This document shows positions 1-21,062 of a stretch of 64,000 nt of DNA, piece after piece (position 1 is the stretch's first letter; each line of letters opens with the position of its first letter). Made by a program: the position numbers and the translations under genes. Where the stretch lies: assembly GCF_009914755.1 (NCBI RefSeq), contig NC_060940.1; one strand, given 5' to 3'. The DNA is from the human T2T-CHM13v2.0 reference genome, Homo sapiens. A model generated the notes under the pieces. The model was not told where the DNA came from. It saw only the letters and a list, made by a program, of their open reading frames with translations, and did not search any database.

Positions 1-59
1 CCAGCACTTTGGGAGGCCAAGGCAGGCAGGCAGGCAGATCACTTGAGGTCAGGAGTTCA

Positions 60-422
<363 letters not shown>

Positions 423-453
423 TTATATGCAACTCTGCATATGTTATATTTCA

Positions 454-648
<195 letters not shown>

Positions 649-798
649 CTATGATCATACCACTGCACTCCAGTGTGGGCAACAGAGCACGATCCTGTCT
701 CAAAAAAAAATGTTTTTAATAAAAAAAAAAAAAAAGTATATCAGACTATATGGAAAACAGTGAAAAAGTCTAATAAATTTTTTTTTTTTTTTTTTTGA

Positions 799-1129
<331 letters not shown>

Positions 1130-2088
1130 TAATATTTGAAGACAGAATAAAGGTTGAAAATTTCCCCAAAGTGAGGATGGCCAACAAGCCACAGATGTAA
1201 GAAGTACTTTCCTCCTTCTTACAAAAGAAACCAGTTTTGATAATGGCCTTTAATAATCATAACCTTTTCTGTAGAAGGGGATGATCCACACGTGTACTCT
1301 CACACTGGCCTTCTCTGTTTCAAAACTTTTAGAGACTTAATAAAGTATAGGGATATATATTCAGGCCCAAAAATCTCTTACTAAACTTTAAAATATCAAA
1401 ATGTTTTAAAACTGGTTTTACATTGTTTTAGAGCAAAAGAAGAGACTTTCCAAAGGTTTTGCTTGGTTTGGTTAATAACTTTGGGAATAAGCCTGAATGG
1501 AAATGGAAATGACTTGTCTGGAGTTTCATAACCTTCTGAAAAATTTAGAGTTCGAAGTGGGTGACTTTTTCTCCTCTCAAAAGAAAATGAGGATATCCCA
1601 AGGAAATATATAAATGAGCCAAGCTGGAATGCAAGGGAGAGTTCTATGTGCCAACAATGAGGTGTTAATAAATCTTAGAAGCTGTTCCTCTACTTAATGC
1701 ACAATATGAATGAACAAGCATTACAGAGCACAGCACATATGAACGGGCAAACACCCAGCTGTAAAATCCTGCTTAGTTCCCCAGCCTGCCTGAGGGCTGG
1801 ATGAGGTTCTTCCATTGAGTACGTGGGAAGAGATGAATGCAATCATTTCTGAGCAGAAGTGTTAGCATAATTTTGCCTATTTCCAAAAAAAAATTAATGA
1901 TTTAGATTGAAAAGTTTAGATGGCATAACTGTTAAATTTAATGGCATCTCTGTTTTGATTCACTATGAAGACTAATAATCAAGTAGCTAAACATAAAATG
2001 AGAAAACTCAAGAATTTCTAGGAAGAAGCCAGGCACGGTGGCTCACACCTATAATCCCAGCACTTGGGAAGCTGAGGTAGGCAGATCA

Positions 2089-2396
<308 letters not shown>

Positions 2397-2398
2397 TT

Positions 2399-2401
<3 letters not shown>

Positions 2402-2440
<39 letters not shown>
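2402..2440 (+). repeat. (AC)n microsatellite
   Basis: ~19 perfect units. Confidence 0.95.
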
Positions 2441-2443
<3 letters not shown>

Positions 2444-2577
2444 CTCAGCTTTCTCATTTTCAGTCCAAGGGACACACTTGGTGGCAGCAAGAGAAACTAC
2501 TCCATGGCTGTTTTTTTCAAAAGATCGTTTCCATGTCACATGAGATGTGTATTTAAAGAACCAGATGCTGGACTTGA

Positions 2578-2844
<267 letters not shown>

Positions 2845-3413
2845 TAGCTCAATCTCTTGACATCGTGATCCACTCACCCCAGCCTCCCAAAGTGCTGGGA
2901 TTACAGGTGTGAGCCACTGCATCCAGGTTTTTTTTTTTTTTTTTTGAGACAGAAGACAGAATCTCACTTTGCAGCCCAGGCTGAAGTATAGTGACAGGAT
3001 TATGGCTCACTGTAGCCTTGACCTCCCCAGTTCAAGTGATCTTCCTGCCTCAGCAGCCTTGTGAGTAGATGGGACTACAAGGGCACACCACCACATCCGG
3101 CTAATTTTTTTTATTTTTCTATAGAGACGAGGTCTCCCTATGTTGCGCAGGCTGGTCTTGAACTCCTGGGCTCAAGTGATCTGCTTGCCTAAACCTCCCA
3201 AAGTGCTGAGATTACAGGTATGAGCCACTGCGCCCAGCTTTTTTCCCTGTTCTTGTAAGGCCAGATTTACCTTACGTGGGATAGCTACATTGAAAGAAGT
3301 TATGCAATTATCCTTAGTTTTATGTTAAAATACTCCAATGAAATGGGTGCACTGGCTCATGCCTGTAATCCCAGCACTTTGGGAGGCCAAGGCGGGCAGA
3401 TCACTTGAGGTCA

Positions 3414-5080
<1,667 letters not shown>

Positions 5081-5303
5081 GAAACAGTAAAACGAAAAAC
5101 AGAACAAAACAAAAAACTCTCAAATCCTTGCTGAAGGTGTACCTCAGGGAAAAATCAGCAGTGAGTTAAATTAATGGCTGTGAATGGTAGAATATAAAAT
5201 AAGAAGCTTGAAAACATGGTAAAAACAAAACACAAAAATCAAATAAAGAAAAATGGAAAAAAATTCCAGTACCTTGAAACAAACTTGATGAAAGTTTTTT
5301 TTA

Positions 5304-5663
<360 letters not shown>

Positions 5664-6037
5664 TCAGGTAATGTCTCGGAGCAAGATTCCATCTCCAAAA
5701 AAAAAGGAAAAAGGGAAGAAAAAAGTTCAGGTAATGTTCTAATGAAGATGAATCCCTGGAGAAATCAGACTATGTAGTTTGATAATTTGGATTTATAAAT
5801 ATCTATGTGTGTTTTCCTGACTTTATCACAGTATAAACATTGATTTTTAACATACTATTCTAACTTAAATAAGCCTTGGGTTTATTTTCTCATGGAAAGC
5901 TTAATTAATTTAAACTTCCTAAATTATGTAACTATTTATATGAATTACAGGAGTTATCATTTCCACAAAATATTTAAAATTATTAAAATATAAAAATTAC
6001 ATTAAATCGAATGAATGAAAACAACTGATGCTTTTAA

Positions 6038-6286
<249 letters not shown>

Positions 6287-6334
6287 TAAGTTCAAGCAAT
6301 CTGCCCGCTTCAGCCTCCCAAAGTGCTGGGACTA

Positions 6335-6617
<283 letters not shown>

Positions 6618-6861
6618 CTATTCCATTACAGTATCAAGGTAAATATGTTTAATATTTCTTTAACAAACTCTTAATATAAACTTTTGCTCCTGTGTTATAA
6701 TATCAACTTAAATTATAATTTCAAAATCTTTAAGACCTTGAACTAATATTAATGAATAACCTTTGAATATATAATGTTTAAGCATAATTTTATATATATA
6801 CATATATATATTTATTTTATTTATTTATTTTTTTAAGAGATAGGGTCTCACTCTTACCTAA

Positions 6862-7131
<270 letters not shown>

Positions 7132-7134
7132 TGA

Positions 7135-7341
<207 letters not shown>

Positions 7342-8269
7342 TGAGACTACTGGTATGCACCATCACACCAAGGTAATTTGTTTATTTTTTGTAGAGATGG
7401 GGTTTCACTATGTTGGCCAGGCTGGTCTCCACCTCCTGGGCTCAAGTGATCCTCCCTCCTCAGACTCCCAAAGTGCTGGGATTACAGGGGTGAGCGACCA
7501 TGCCCAGTCTTGATTGTTTATTGATTGTCCAGTTAATAGGGTGAAAGGATTTACAAATACCTTTCGATCACATTAGTATACATGCTTACTTCTGCTGCCT
7601 TAAAAATGTCAAATGTTATCTATGATTGTAAGAGGATGTGTTTGCAAGATAATACATGTGTTTCTTGATTTATCAAGGAGAAAAATGGAATAATTTCGCC
7701 TTATATATTACATGTTGACAAAGCTGGCCAAATGTTATGGATTTTCTTGTAAAAAATGCCTTGTGGAAAAGATTTTTGTGCAAAACATTATATGGATAGT
7801 ACACAAAAGGAATAAAATTAAAATGCCAGCCTGGGCAACATAGCAAGACCCTACCTCTACAAAAAAAACAAAATAATTTGACATGGTGGCATACACCTGT
7901 AGTCCTAGCAACTTCAGAGGCTGAGGTGGGAGGATCACTTGAGCCCAGGAGTTCAAGGCTGCAGTGAGCTGTGATCATGCCACTTGGAGTGCAGCCTGGG
8001 TGACACAGTGAGATCCTGTCTCTAAAAAAGAAAAATCACACCTAAAATGTAGGTTTTATTTCCATTTAAACAGCAACTGATCTCTGAGCACATCATTTGT
8101 TTAAAACAGTAAAAACTCAGTCTACACCTAGAGAGCAGAGATTCACCAAAATACTGTTACTTTTTGTGTTTTTCATAAAGCTCATGAATCATATGCCTAA
8201 ATCCCTTGTTTTTTAAAAATGCTACCATTCTTAATAATTTTTATCACTTACTGCTGTATTTAACTTTAG

Positions 8270-8470
<201 letters not shown>

Positions 8471-9498
8471 TAATTTTGTATTTTTAGTAGAGATGGAGTT
8501 ACACCATGTTAGTGGGGCTAGTCACGAACTTCTGACCTCAGGCGATCCACCCGCCTCGGCCTCCCAAAGTGTTGGGATTACAGGCGTGAGCCACCGCACC
8601 AGCCATTTCTTATCTTTAGACCCTTATATAACAACTCTTTTTTGCCAAATTCAGGTCCTATGTTCAAAATAATAAAATGGTCAAGATGTCTTTTCAGCTT
8701 AAACTACTTTTGGGTTTCCCACATGGCCACAGGGTAAACTATAATTCGCCCCTCAACTTATAAAAGGAATGATACTCAAAATAATTAGATATGCTTGTCA
8801 TTCTGCAGATTTTTAATGAGCTCTACACTGGGCATGCCTCCCTATTATCAAATCCACAGTATGTGGAAAGCTAGCAAAGAAAAGTTCAGCCTCCCCAGAT
8901 TAATTATATACAAGTAAAATGTTGTTAATATGAATACATTTCAGCAACTGTTTACTTTTCAATTTGGATAGAAACATATTCACGTTCATGCATAAAGACT
9001 GGCATATAACTGTTAGCAAGATTAATCCTTTTTTTTTAAGAAAAAAAGAAAGATTTTGTTTCTAGATTTAAATATGTTCACCAACTGGTGACAATTATAC
9101 AATTTATGGGATTAATTAGAGGACCCTGGAGATTTGATAATATCCTCACTGTTCATAACATGCTCTTGCTCTCAAGGCAATCACTGATGCAGTCTTATAA
9201 AACGATTATATGTCATTTGCAAACAGAAGACTTCATTCTATTTCAATCTGATACAGGTAGTTATTATAAATTAACCGGAGCCATTCCATCCCCCCATTCA
9301 CAGATAATTTCTCCTTTTCATTTACCCTTTTCTAAGGGTCCCTGCTACAAGCTACAGATCAGAAAAAAGTCCTCTGAAGAAATATCAGGGGCCAGGTGTG
9401 GCTCACGCCTGTAATCCCAACACTTTGGGAGGCTGAAGCAGGAAGACTGCTTGAGCCCAGGAGTTCAAAACCAGCCTGGGCAAGACAGTGAAACAAAA

Positions 9499-9714
9499 TA
9501 TATATTTGTTCTTTATATATAGATATATACATATCTATATAGACAAAGAGAAATATAAAGAAATATCAGAAGAGCCTTGGTCAAAAAAGAACCAGGTTTC
9601 CTTGAGGGTTGATGTCCTAGGAAACAGACTCAAAGCTACATGTTTCTCACCAGAATGTAGCAAGGGTGGTCGGGCATGGTGGCTCATGCCTATAATCCCA
9701 GCACTTTGGGAGGC
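9499..9714 (+). repeat. Left arm of 216-bp inverted duplication
   Basis: Reverse complement of 10856-11071 with 3 mismatches (9508, 9640, 9660). Confidence 0.95.
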
Positions 9715-10438
9715 CGAGACAGGGAGAATGCTTGAGGTCAGGAGTTTGAAACCAGCCTGGCAAACATGGTGAAATTCCATCTCTACTAAAAATACAAAAA
9801 TTAGCCTGGCATGTTGGTGCACCCTTGTAATCCCAGCTACTGAGGGAGGCTGAGACATGAGAATTGCTTGAACCTGGGAGGCAGAGGCTGCAGCGAGCCA
9901 AGATCACACCACTGCAATCCAGCCTGGGCAACAGAGCAAGACTCTGTCTCAAAAAAAAAAGAATGTACCAAGTGACTATGTCTGGATTTCCAGGACTCTC
10001 TTTGTCTAGAAGGCAGCAATTTTGTGAAATAGGCTGCTGTTAACCCAAGATCAGGGAAAAAAAAAGATTATGTAAAATGATATAAACTCATTTAATTGTA
10101 GTTAATGTTCTATTTCTAAGGGCCACATAAGAAAAATTCTTTTCTTTCTTCTTGATCTATCCCTAACCTTCAACTCAATTGTTTTGTAGTTAAATAATTT
10201 ATAAACTGAAGTGAAATACACATTTAGTGATACCTTGCTCCAGCTGACCCCTTAGAATTTAGAAAATAAAAATATAATAAAAATAATTAATATAAATTAT
10301 GAGCTAATAAATTGTCATATAAACTTAAAAATGATTATGTAGAAAAATTACACATATTGGTCCTTATCTACTAAAAAAATGGTTGAATGTTATGCAAAGT
10401 CCCTTTTCTAAGTTTCTTCACTTTTTATGATCATGCTA

Positions 10439-10764
<326 letters not shown>

Positions 10765-10855
10765 TCAAATACCATGCCAAAAATCTCATTTCATTAATAA
10801 GCTAAGCCTGCTGGTAAAGAACAGAGAAGACTTTGTATGGGGAAATAATGCCCCA

Positions 10856-11071
10856 GCCTCCCAAAGTGCTGGGATTATAGGCATGAGCCACCATGCCCGA
10901 CCACCCTTGGTACATTCTGGTGAGAAACACGTAGCTTTGAGTCTGTTTCCTAGGACATCAACCCTCAAGGAAACCTGGTTCTTTTTTGACCAAGGCTCTT
11001 CTGATATTTCTTTATATTTCTCTTTGTCTATATAGATATGTATATATCTATATATAAAGAAAAAATATATA
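10856..11071 (-). repeat. Right arm of 216-bp inverted duplication
   Basis: Copy of 9499-9714, including only the first ~47 nt of the Alu at 9668. Confidence 0.95.
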
Positions 11072-12142
11072 AAGTCCTCCCAGGAAACTGGCTGTTACCT
11101 GCTTTATTACCTAGGAAACCCCAGACTCACAGGTAGGAAAGATGACACTGAGTATCAACAAACTTGGGTATCTCATAGAAAGAGGTAGAGTTGAACTGGA
11201 TGGCTTCTGGTTCCTGAACTTGGGAGACAAGCTGATTGGGGTACAGGGACAGAAACCCAAATGCAGCCGGGCATGGTAGCTCATGCCTGTAATCCCAGCA
11301 CTTTGGGAGGCCGAGATGGGCGGATCACTTGAGGTTAGGAGTTCGAGACCATCCTGGCCAACATGGTTAAACCCTGTCTGTACTAAAAATACAAAAATTA
11401 GCCAGGCATGATGGCGTGCATCTGTAATCCCAGCTACTCAGGAGGCTGAGGCAGGAGAATCGCTTGAACCCAGGAGCGGAGGTTGCAGTGAGCCGAGATC
11501 ACACCACTGCACTCCAGCCTGGGTGACAAAGTGAGACCCAGTCTCAAAAAATAAATAAATAAATAAAAACAAAAAATCAAACGTAATACGAACGAACAAA
11601 CAAAAAAGTCACATCTGACACATTAAAAATAACTTACAACCCTAAGAGATTTACAAACTTCAAGACAGGAGTTAACTTTTAACTTAGTATATGACTGTAG
11701 TTTTGCTAATCATACCACAAAGATGTCATATATGACTATATAAATACAACAAAGCATTAAATAAATGACACTGAATCATAAAATTGCTAAACCAATTTCT
11801 GTGGTCAAACCCCTGTCCTCAGAGACCTGACCACAAGGAGGAACTACTGGAACAAAGATGACTCTGCCCTGCCATCATTCTGACCAAGGGTGAACATCCC
11901 ATGTCACAGAGAGGAAAGACAAACAAACAACACTGTACCTTGTGATAAACCAGAAATAATCGGGTTACTGAAACACATAAAATCTTGAGCATTTCCTGTA
12001 AGTTAGAGAATCACTAATAAAATGACTCTATCCCTGAACTGTGAAATGCTGATGCCTGAAAACGTCAGAACTTTCTACATACGATAAGCATGTGAGGGAG
12101 CAGCTGTTTTTCCACCAGGAATAGACTAATTGTAAACTTTGA

Positions 12143-12538
<396 letters not shown>

Positions 12539-12870
12539 TAAGTACTTTTGTCTCTGACTTCCTTTCACAAAGGGAAAGACGAAAACCTTCTGAACAAATT
12601 CTAAGAGACGTATCAGAGGAGATGCTATGGCATGTCACTCTGCCATCATAACACAATGTGGTTATGCTGAACAGCACCATGCTGGGTCTCGCTCTGTCGC
12701 ATTTTGCTGGTCAGCATAACCAAATTTATGTGTTCAGTTGCCCAAGAAGCACATGCACCGTGAAATACATACTGTGCTAACACACTGCAGCTTTCCAACC
12801 AAGGTGGAATCATACATCCCTGATGCCACCCAAACACTGCTCCTCCAACTTCCCCATGGGTGCCACTGAC

Positions 12871-12987
12871 CTTCACAGAATTGTCTTGACTGGAGGTAGC
12901 AAGAATGTGCTCGCTGTCTGGGTGCCAGTCCAGGCCATGGATTTTGGAGAGGTGGGCGGCTAGATATTCCACTGCTGTACTGGGTTT
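12871..12987 (-). CDS. WDR59: WDR59 exon 8 (KPSTAVEYLAAHLSKIHGLDWHPDSEHILATSSQDNSVK, 117 nt)
   Basis: gttgcag acceptor, AAG|GTCAGT donor; seen in ORF 12646..13047; WD40 repeat. Confidence 0.96.
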
Positions 12988-13135
12988 CTGCAACAGATCA
13001 GCACCTAATATTATCGATTTAGAAAGAACTCTTTGAGTGTCTATCACGTAAAAGTCTGCTAGGTAGTGAGTGAGGATGCAAAAATACTACCAGATACTGT
13101 CTCTACCCTACACAGACTTTGTTTGTTTTGGTTAA

Positions 13136-13566
<431 letters not shown>

Positions 13567-13723
13567 TAACAGTGCAGTCTGACAATTCCCACTCGTCTCC
13601 CCCATGATCACCCAAGAAGAGAGACTGAGACATCCAAATGGACTCAGCTTCAACAAGAGGGTAAAACCATGCATCTTAAAGTGATGGAGCACTAAGATTC
13701 CAAAGGAGAATGAATGTACATCA

Positions 13724-13933
<210 letters not shown>

Positions 13934-14621
13934 TTACAGGTTTGAGCCACTTTTCCCAGCCCAAAATTTTTCCTGTCTTAAGGGAATAATCCAAACTCAC
14001 AAAAAGCTTTAGATATAAAAGAAGTTCATCTTGGTGTTATCTGAAACACTAGAAAACCAGAAAAAAAACCTAAATGATCAACAAATGGGAAATAATGAAG
14101 CTGAATCAATATACTACAGCTATGCGACACCAAATGATGATACAATATGATGTAGCCACTGAAAATTATACTTAGAGCTTATAGTACGAGGATAATGCAT
14201 CTGTTCTAATGTTAAATGAAAAAAAAGTGTACACAACTACGTACACAGTACGACAAACTAAGTTTAAAAAAAAAAAGCATAAGAACAGAAAACACCAAAA
14301 TGTTAGCATTTGTCTCTGGGTAGTAGGATTATGAATGATTTTTATTTTTTCATTTATATTTTCTACAGAGAGCATGTATTACTTCCATAATTAGCATTAG
14401 TCTATGAGGATAAGAGTGCAGTCTCCAGGCTGGGTGGAGTGGCTCACACCTATAATCCCAGTGTTCTGGGAGGCCAAGGCAGGAGGATGACTTGAGACCA
14501 AAAGTCAAGACCAGCCTGGGCAACACAGTAAGATTCCCATCTCTACAAGAAAAAAATTTTTTTAATTACCTCATCATAGTGGTGCATACCTGCAGTCCCA
14601 GCTACTCAGCTGGGAGGATCA

Positions 14622-15159
<538 letters not shown>

Positions 15160-15393
15160 TTATAAAGAGATATTAATCAATAAATGTAAAACTCTTAAAA
15201 GAAGGCCTATGTACAATAAATGCTCAGTAAATGTTAATATGATAGTCATACATGAGTCTGGATTAAAATCCACTGTTAGCACTGACACTGAACTTTGTGA
15301 AGTCTGTAATGCTTGCTGCCATCAGTGCTGCTTTGACACTACAAAGTGCCAGAGAAGTGAAAATATAATCAACAAGTTCTACAACTCACCTGA

Positions 15394-15661
<268 letters not shown>

Positions 15662-17461
15662 TGATCCACCCGCCTCAGCCTCCCAAAGTGCTGGGATTAC
15701 AGGTGTGAGCCACCGCGCCCAGCCGAAAATGCTGTTATAGTGACAAACTGAATAAAACCAATCACTAGTTAGGAAATAAAGAAGGCCAGGAGCAGTGGCT
15801 CATGTCTGTAATCCCAGCACTTTGGGAGGCTGAGGTGGGAGGATCGCTTGACCCCAGGAGTTCGAGGTCAGCTTCAGCAACCTTGTCTCTACAAAAAAAA
15901 AAATTTTTTTAATTGGCTGGGTGTGGTGGCATGTACCTGTAGTCCCAGTTACTCAGGAGGCTGAAGCAGGAGAATAGCTTGAGCCCAAGAGGTCGAGGCT
16001 GCAGTGAGCCATAGTTACACTACTACACTCCAGTCTGGGTGACAGAATGAGGCTCCATCTCAAAAAAAAAAAAAAAAAGAAGGGGAAAATGGCCATAAAG
16101 GAACAGAAGACAAAAACTAACATATAGAAGATGTGGCCAGGCGTGGTGGCTCACGCCTATAATCCCAGCACTTTGGGAGGCCGAGGTGCGCAGATCACTT
16201 GAGGTCGGGAGTTCAAGACCATCCTGGCCAACATGTGAAACCCCATCTCTACTAAAAAATACAAAAATTAGCTGGGCGTGGTGGTGTGCACCTATAGTCC
16301 CAGCTACTGGGGAGGCTGAGGCAGGAGAATTGCTTGAACCTGGGAGGCGTAGGTTGCAGTGAGCCAAGGTCCCCACTGTACTCCAGCCTGGACGACAGAA
16401 TGAGACTCTGTCTCAAGAAAAAAAAAAAAAAAGAAGATGCACCTGCCCAACCTCTATGAAATCACCTTCTCACCTAAGAGCTATCTAAGGCAGAGGGCTT
16501 CTGCCACATAAGGCTTCCCCAGCATGTCCTGGAGCCTAATGCAGCAGACAGGATCTGCCACGCCTGATCTCTGCTCCACTTCTCGCTTCTCTTCCAAACG
16601 TATGGAGGGAAGGGAGCAGCCGGAAGATAAGACAGTGGGGACATCCCTGAACAAGCCATCCCCACAATGCCTGAGCATCTGTAGCCCCAGGTCTCACAGG
16701 CAGGAAGCAGGATTTACACCCAGGTCTCATGGCAGTGATGGCTCTGTTCATTATTACCTAACAGTCTGGCAGTCAATGCAGGGGAGGCCTTTTCCCTGTG
16801 CCACGACCCTCACTGAGGCCAACACAATCAACTTCAGTAGACTTTCCATTACAGCCACAGCCAAGGACCCAGCACTGTTTCCATCCCTAGGTGTCCATGG
16901 GCTGCTGCAGTAAGAACGTATGAGTGATATGCACAATACTTTGAGGCTGATGGGATGTCTAGGCTTGTAAGAGTAAATGTAAGCATCATGAGCACCCTAC
17001 CTTGCTCATCGTTATTGGAAGTATTCAGGATGGCAGGCATCCGAGAACAAATACATTTCACTTTGCAAGCAGGGGCAGGGATAAGAAGCCTGCTGACAAT
17101 TCTAGAATAGCGCCTGGGCTCCACGGCTTAACCCCACTGACACACACACTGTTAGTGTCTTTATTTTGAAGGAAACTGAGGTTAAGAGAAGTGACGGTGG
17201 CTTACCTGGTGTCATAATTAGGAGGTGGCAAAATGGAGCTGATTTTTTCAACCACTGTTCCTAATGTCTCACTTCCCTAGTTTCCTTCAACACTGGATTG
17301 AGACGCAAATATCGTCTGGTACTATGAGCTTAAAATGGTCATTTACCATGCTGCACAGGGTTCCCCAGACTCTCAAGCCAAGTCCTGGCACTCATAAAAT
17401 CATCTTCACACCCTCTGGGAGGGATCAAAGACCAATAAGGGCGAAAAAAGAGATTACTCAC

Positions 17462-17550
17462 CCTCTTATCCCATATCCGCACATCGCCGTCATGGCTGGT
17501 GGCAAGGCAGTTAGCATTTTTTTTATTCCATTTGACCTGGGAGGCACCCG
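17462..17550 (-). CDS. WDR59: WDR59 exon 7 (GASQVKWNKKNANCLATSHDGDVRIWDKR, 89 nt)
   Basis: ttctttgcag acceptor, AGG|GTGAGT donor; DG-x-VRIWD WD40 motif. Confidence 0.95.
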
Positions 17551-18899
17551 CTGCAAAGAAAAATCAGGGAAGAAAGCTGCTGCCCTTGGTGCTTTCGGAA
17601 GCAGAGCAGAGCACAGCCAGGGGAGCTGGATAATGAGTTCTGGCTGAATAAGCCCAGAACCCTTCAAGTTTCTGTGACTGCACCAACTCCACTATTCCAG
17701 ATAAAATGAAGCCAAAAAATAAATGAATTAACACATGGGAACAGGATCATAGTCACCTAATTGAGGAAATAATCTCAGGGGAAAAAATCTACAGGTCACT
17801 CTGAGCAGAATCAGCAGGAAAACATAGTTTCTTACAGAGCAGTAGTTGAGCATGGCACTGCTGGCTAGTAATTGACTTGTCACACAACCTGACCCTTTCT
17901 CATCCCCAAATGACACCTGCTCGCACTCCTAATTAGAACAGCCTCAGCTGTTATGCCTGCCCCCTTTTTTTTTTTTTAATTGTTGAGCAATAGTCTTAGA
18001 AAAACACAGCCTTAGCTGAAGACCAGCTACAGAATAAGCCCCGATGTTGACCAATTCTGTCCTAAGGGTTACATGCTCCCCGCACCCCACTCCCCATCAG
18101 CTATGTCAGCCGTGGCCACTGGCACCACACTGATAAGGGAAAGGGAACACCCTTGGCAGTATGTGACCTCAGTCCTTTTCCCTCTCTGCCAATACAGAGT
18201 GTCATTGATACATTAGTGACAAAAGGGCTACTTAAGACAGGAGGCATAATGTGAGATGCCAGAAAGAGCTGAGACATGGAAAACTGGGACACAGTGGCAC
18301 CTCTAGCTGACTTTTAAAAAATAAATCATTAATCAAGAACCAAACCAGAACTGAAGTGACAGCACTCCTTCCTGTCTCCTCCTGCCCTTGCTCACAGCAC
18401 ACATGACATTACTGCTGTGACACCTGTCCCTCTGCCTGGTGTTTATTACTGAGGAAGCCCATAGTAGATCCACAGCTTTGGGGAGCTACTTGATCCAAGA
18501 AGTCCAGAGTAGGACAGAGCAATGACTCAGAATCTAACAGGACATACAGCATTAAGCCCAGAACTTGGTCCTGTCCAAGGATATGCTGTGTTGGTTTTGA
18601 TGACACTATTTGTCTGTCTTGTTCTTTCTTGAGACATAAGGTATCTTATGTCATCTAGAACAAATGGTGGAGACCAGTGAAGATGAAGCAAGGAGGAGTA
18701 TTAGGAGGTGGCTTCTTCGCACGGAAGGATATCAGCTGGAGGAGAAAGTGAGTGAGAAGAGCTTGCTCTACCTCCTTGACAGAGTTACTTAAGAGTCCAA
18801 GAGAACACACCTTTCCCAGTGGGGAGGCATCAGAACTCGAGGGCTCCCAAGGGACTCTGGGAAGCCCCCTCAATGCAACCTGCTTTATCAAGATCATTA

Positions 18900-19184
<285 letters not shown>

Positions 19185-19980
19185 TCAAAAAAAAAAAAAA
19201 AAAATCATTACACCAGGGTCGAATGGAGGTCCCGGGCTATGAGAACTCTCAGACACAGAGAACACTCTGGAATACTCACAACGTGACTCCCTATCCCAAA
19301 GGGCATGAATAATGTGCCCCCTGAGAGATGGGGACCACAGGCTCTGGGAAGCAGGCAGTACCCGAGGCTGTACCACTCGGGGTATGCTAGATCCAGCAGC
19401 TTATCAAGGTCCACAAGCCTCTCACTTGCCTCTTTTCCCCCAGGGTAGATCTGCACCACTGAGAAACCTCACTGAGTACAAAGGAAAGAAGTCTTCTACT
19501 TCCATTTTTTAAGAAAGATCTATAACAGAAAAAAAAGCAATGAGAACAGGCAGGCTAAAAAAAGAACCACTTTCAGCTGGGCGCAGAGGCTCACTCCCAG
19601 CACTTTGGGAGGCCGAGGCAGGTAGGCCACAAAGTCAGGAGTTAGAGACCAGCCTGGCCAATATGGTGAAACCCCATCTCTACTAAAATTACAAAAATTA
19701 GCTGGGTGTGGTGGCCCATGCCTGCAGTCCCAGCTGCTCGGGAGGCTGAGGCAGGAGAATCGCTTGAACCCAGGAGGCGGAGGTTGCGGTGAGCCAAGAT
19801 CGTGTCACCGCACTATAGCCTGGCCGACAGAGCAAGACTCCATCTCAAATAAAAAAAGAACCACCGTCCTTTTTAGGGTTTCCCTAAAACTAATCTAACT
19901 TAGAAACCTATAAATGTGGCCGGGCGAAGAGGCTCACGCCTGTAATGCCAGCACTTTGGGAGGCCGAGGCGGGTGGATCA

Positions 19981-20289
<309 letters not shown>

Positions 20290-20432
20290 TCAGTTATACG
20301 CCCTCTGCAGCCAGTCTATGTCTCAGATCATAAGTACCTAAAGCAGGTGGTGGCGGGGGGCAGAGCAGTGGAACTGTTAAGCACTTAGCGCAGAAGCACA
20401 GGGGTTTGATTCATCTATCCATGCAACAAATG

Positions 20433-21062
20433 CTTAGTCCCCCTTATCCGCGGGTCCACCTTCTACAGTGTGAGTCACTCCCGGTACAGTACAAGGAGAC
20501 GTTCTGAGAGAGAGAGAGACAGGCCACATTCACATAACTTTTTTTTTTTTTTTTTTTTGAGACAGAGTTTTGCTCTTGTTGCCCAGGCTAGAGTGCAATG
20601 GCGTGATCTCGCTCACCGCAACCTCCACCTCCCAGGTTCAAGCAATTCTCCTGCCTCAGCCTCCCAAGAAGCTGAGATTACAGGCATGCACCACCACGCC
20701 CGGCTAATTTTGTATTTTTAGTAGAGACGGGGTTTCTCCATGTTGAGGCTGGTCTCGAACTCCTGACCTCAGGTGATCCGCCCGCCTCAGCCTCCCAAAG
20801 TGCTGGGATTACAGGCGTGAGCCACCACACCCGGCCACATTCACATAACCTTTATTGCGGTACAGTGTTACAACTGTTCTATTTTATTATTATTAGTTGT
20901 TGCTGTTAATCACTTACTGTGCCTAATTTATAAATTAAACCTTATCCTAGTTATGTATGTACAGAAAAGAAACATAGTATATTTGGTTCAGTATTATCTG
21001 TGGTTTCAGGCATCCAATGGGGGTCTTGGACTGTGTCCCCTGAGAATGAGGGGGGATTACTG
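20433..21062. mobile_element. MER44A (Tigger7 derivative) with an Alu inserted
   Basis: TIRs tagtcccccttatccgcgg ... gagaatgaggggggattactg; internal sequence matches recalled MER44A. Confidence 0.75.

Noticed and set aside
15384-15392. Perfect CAG|GTGAGT donor in intron 7
   Set aside because: No plausible acceptor with a pyrimidine tract at exon distance; treated as an orphan site
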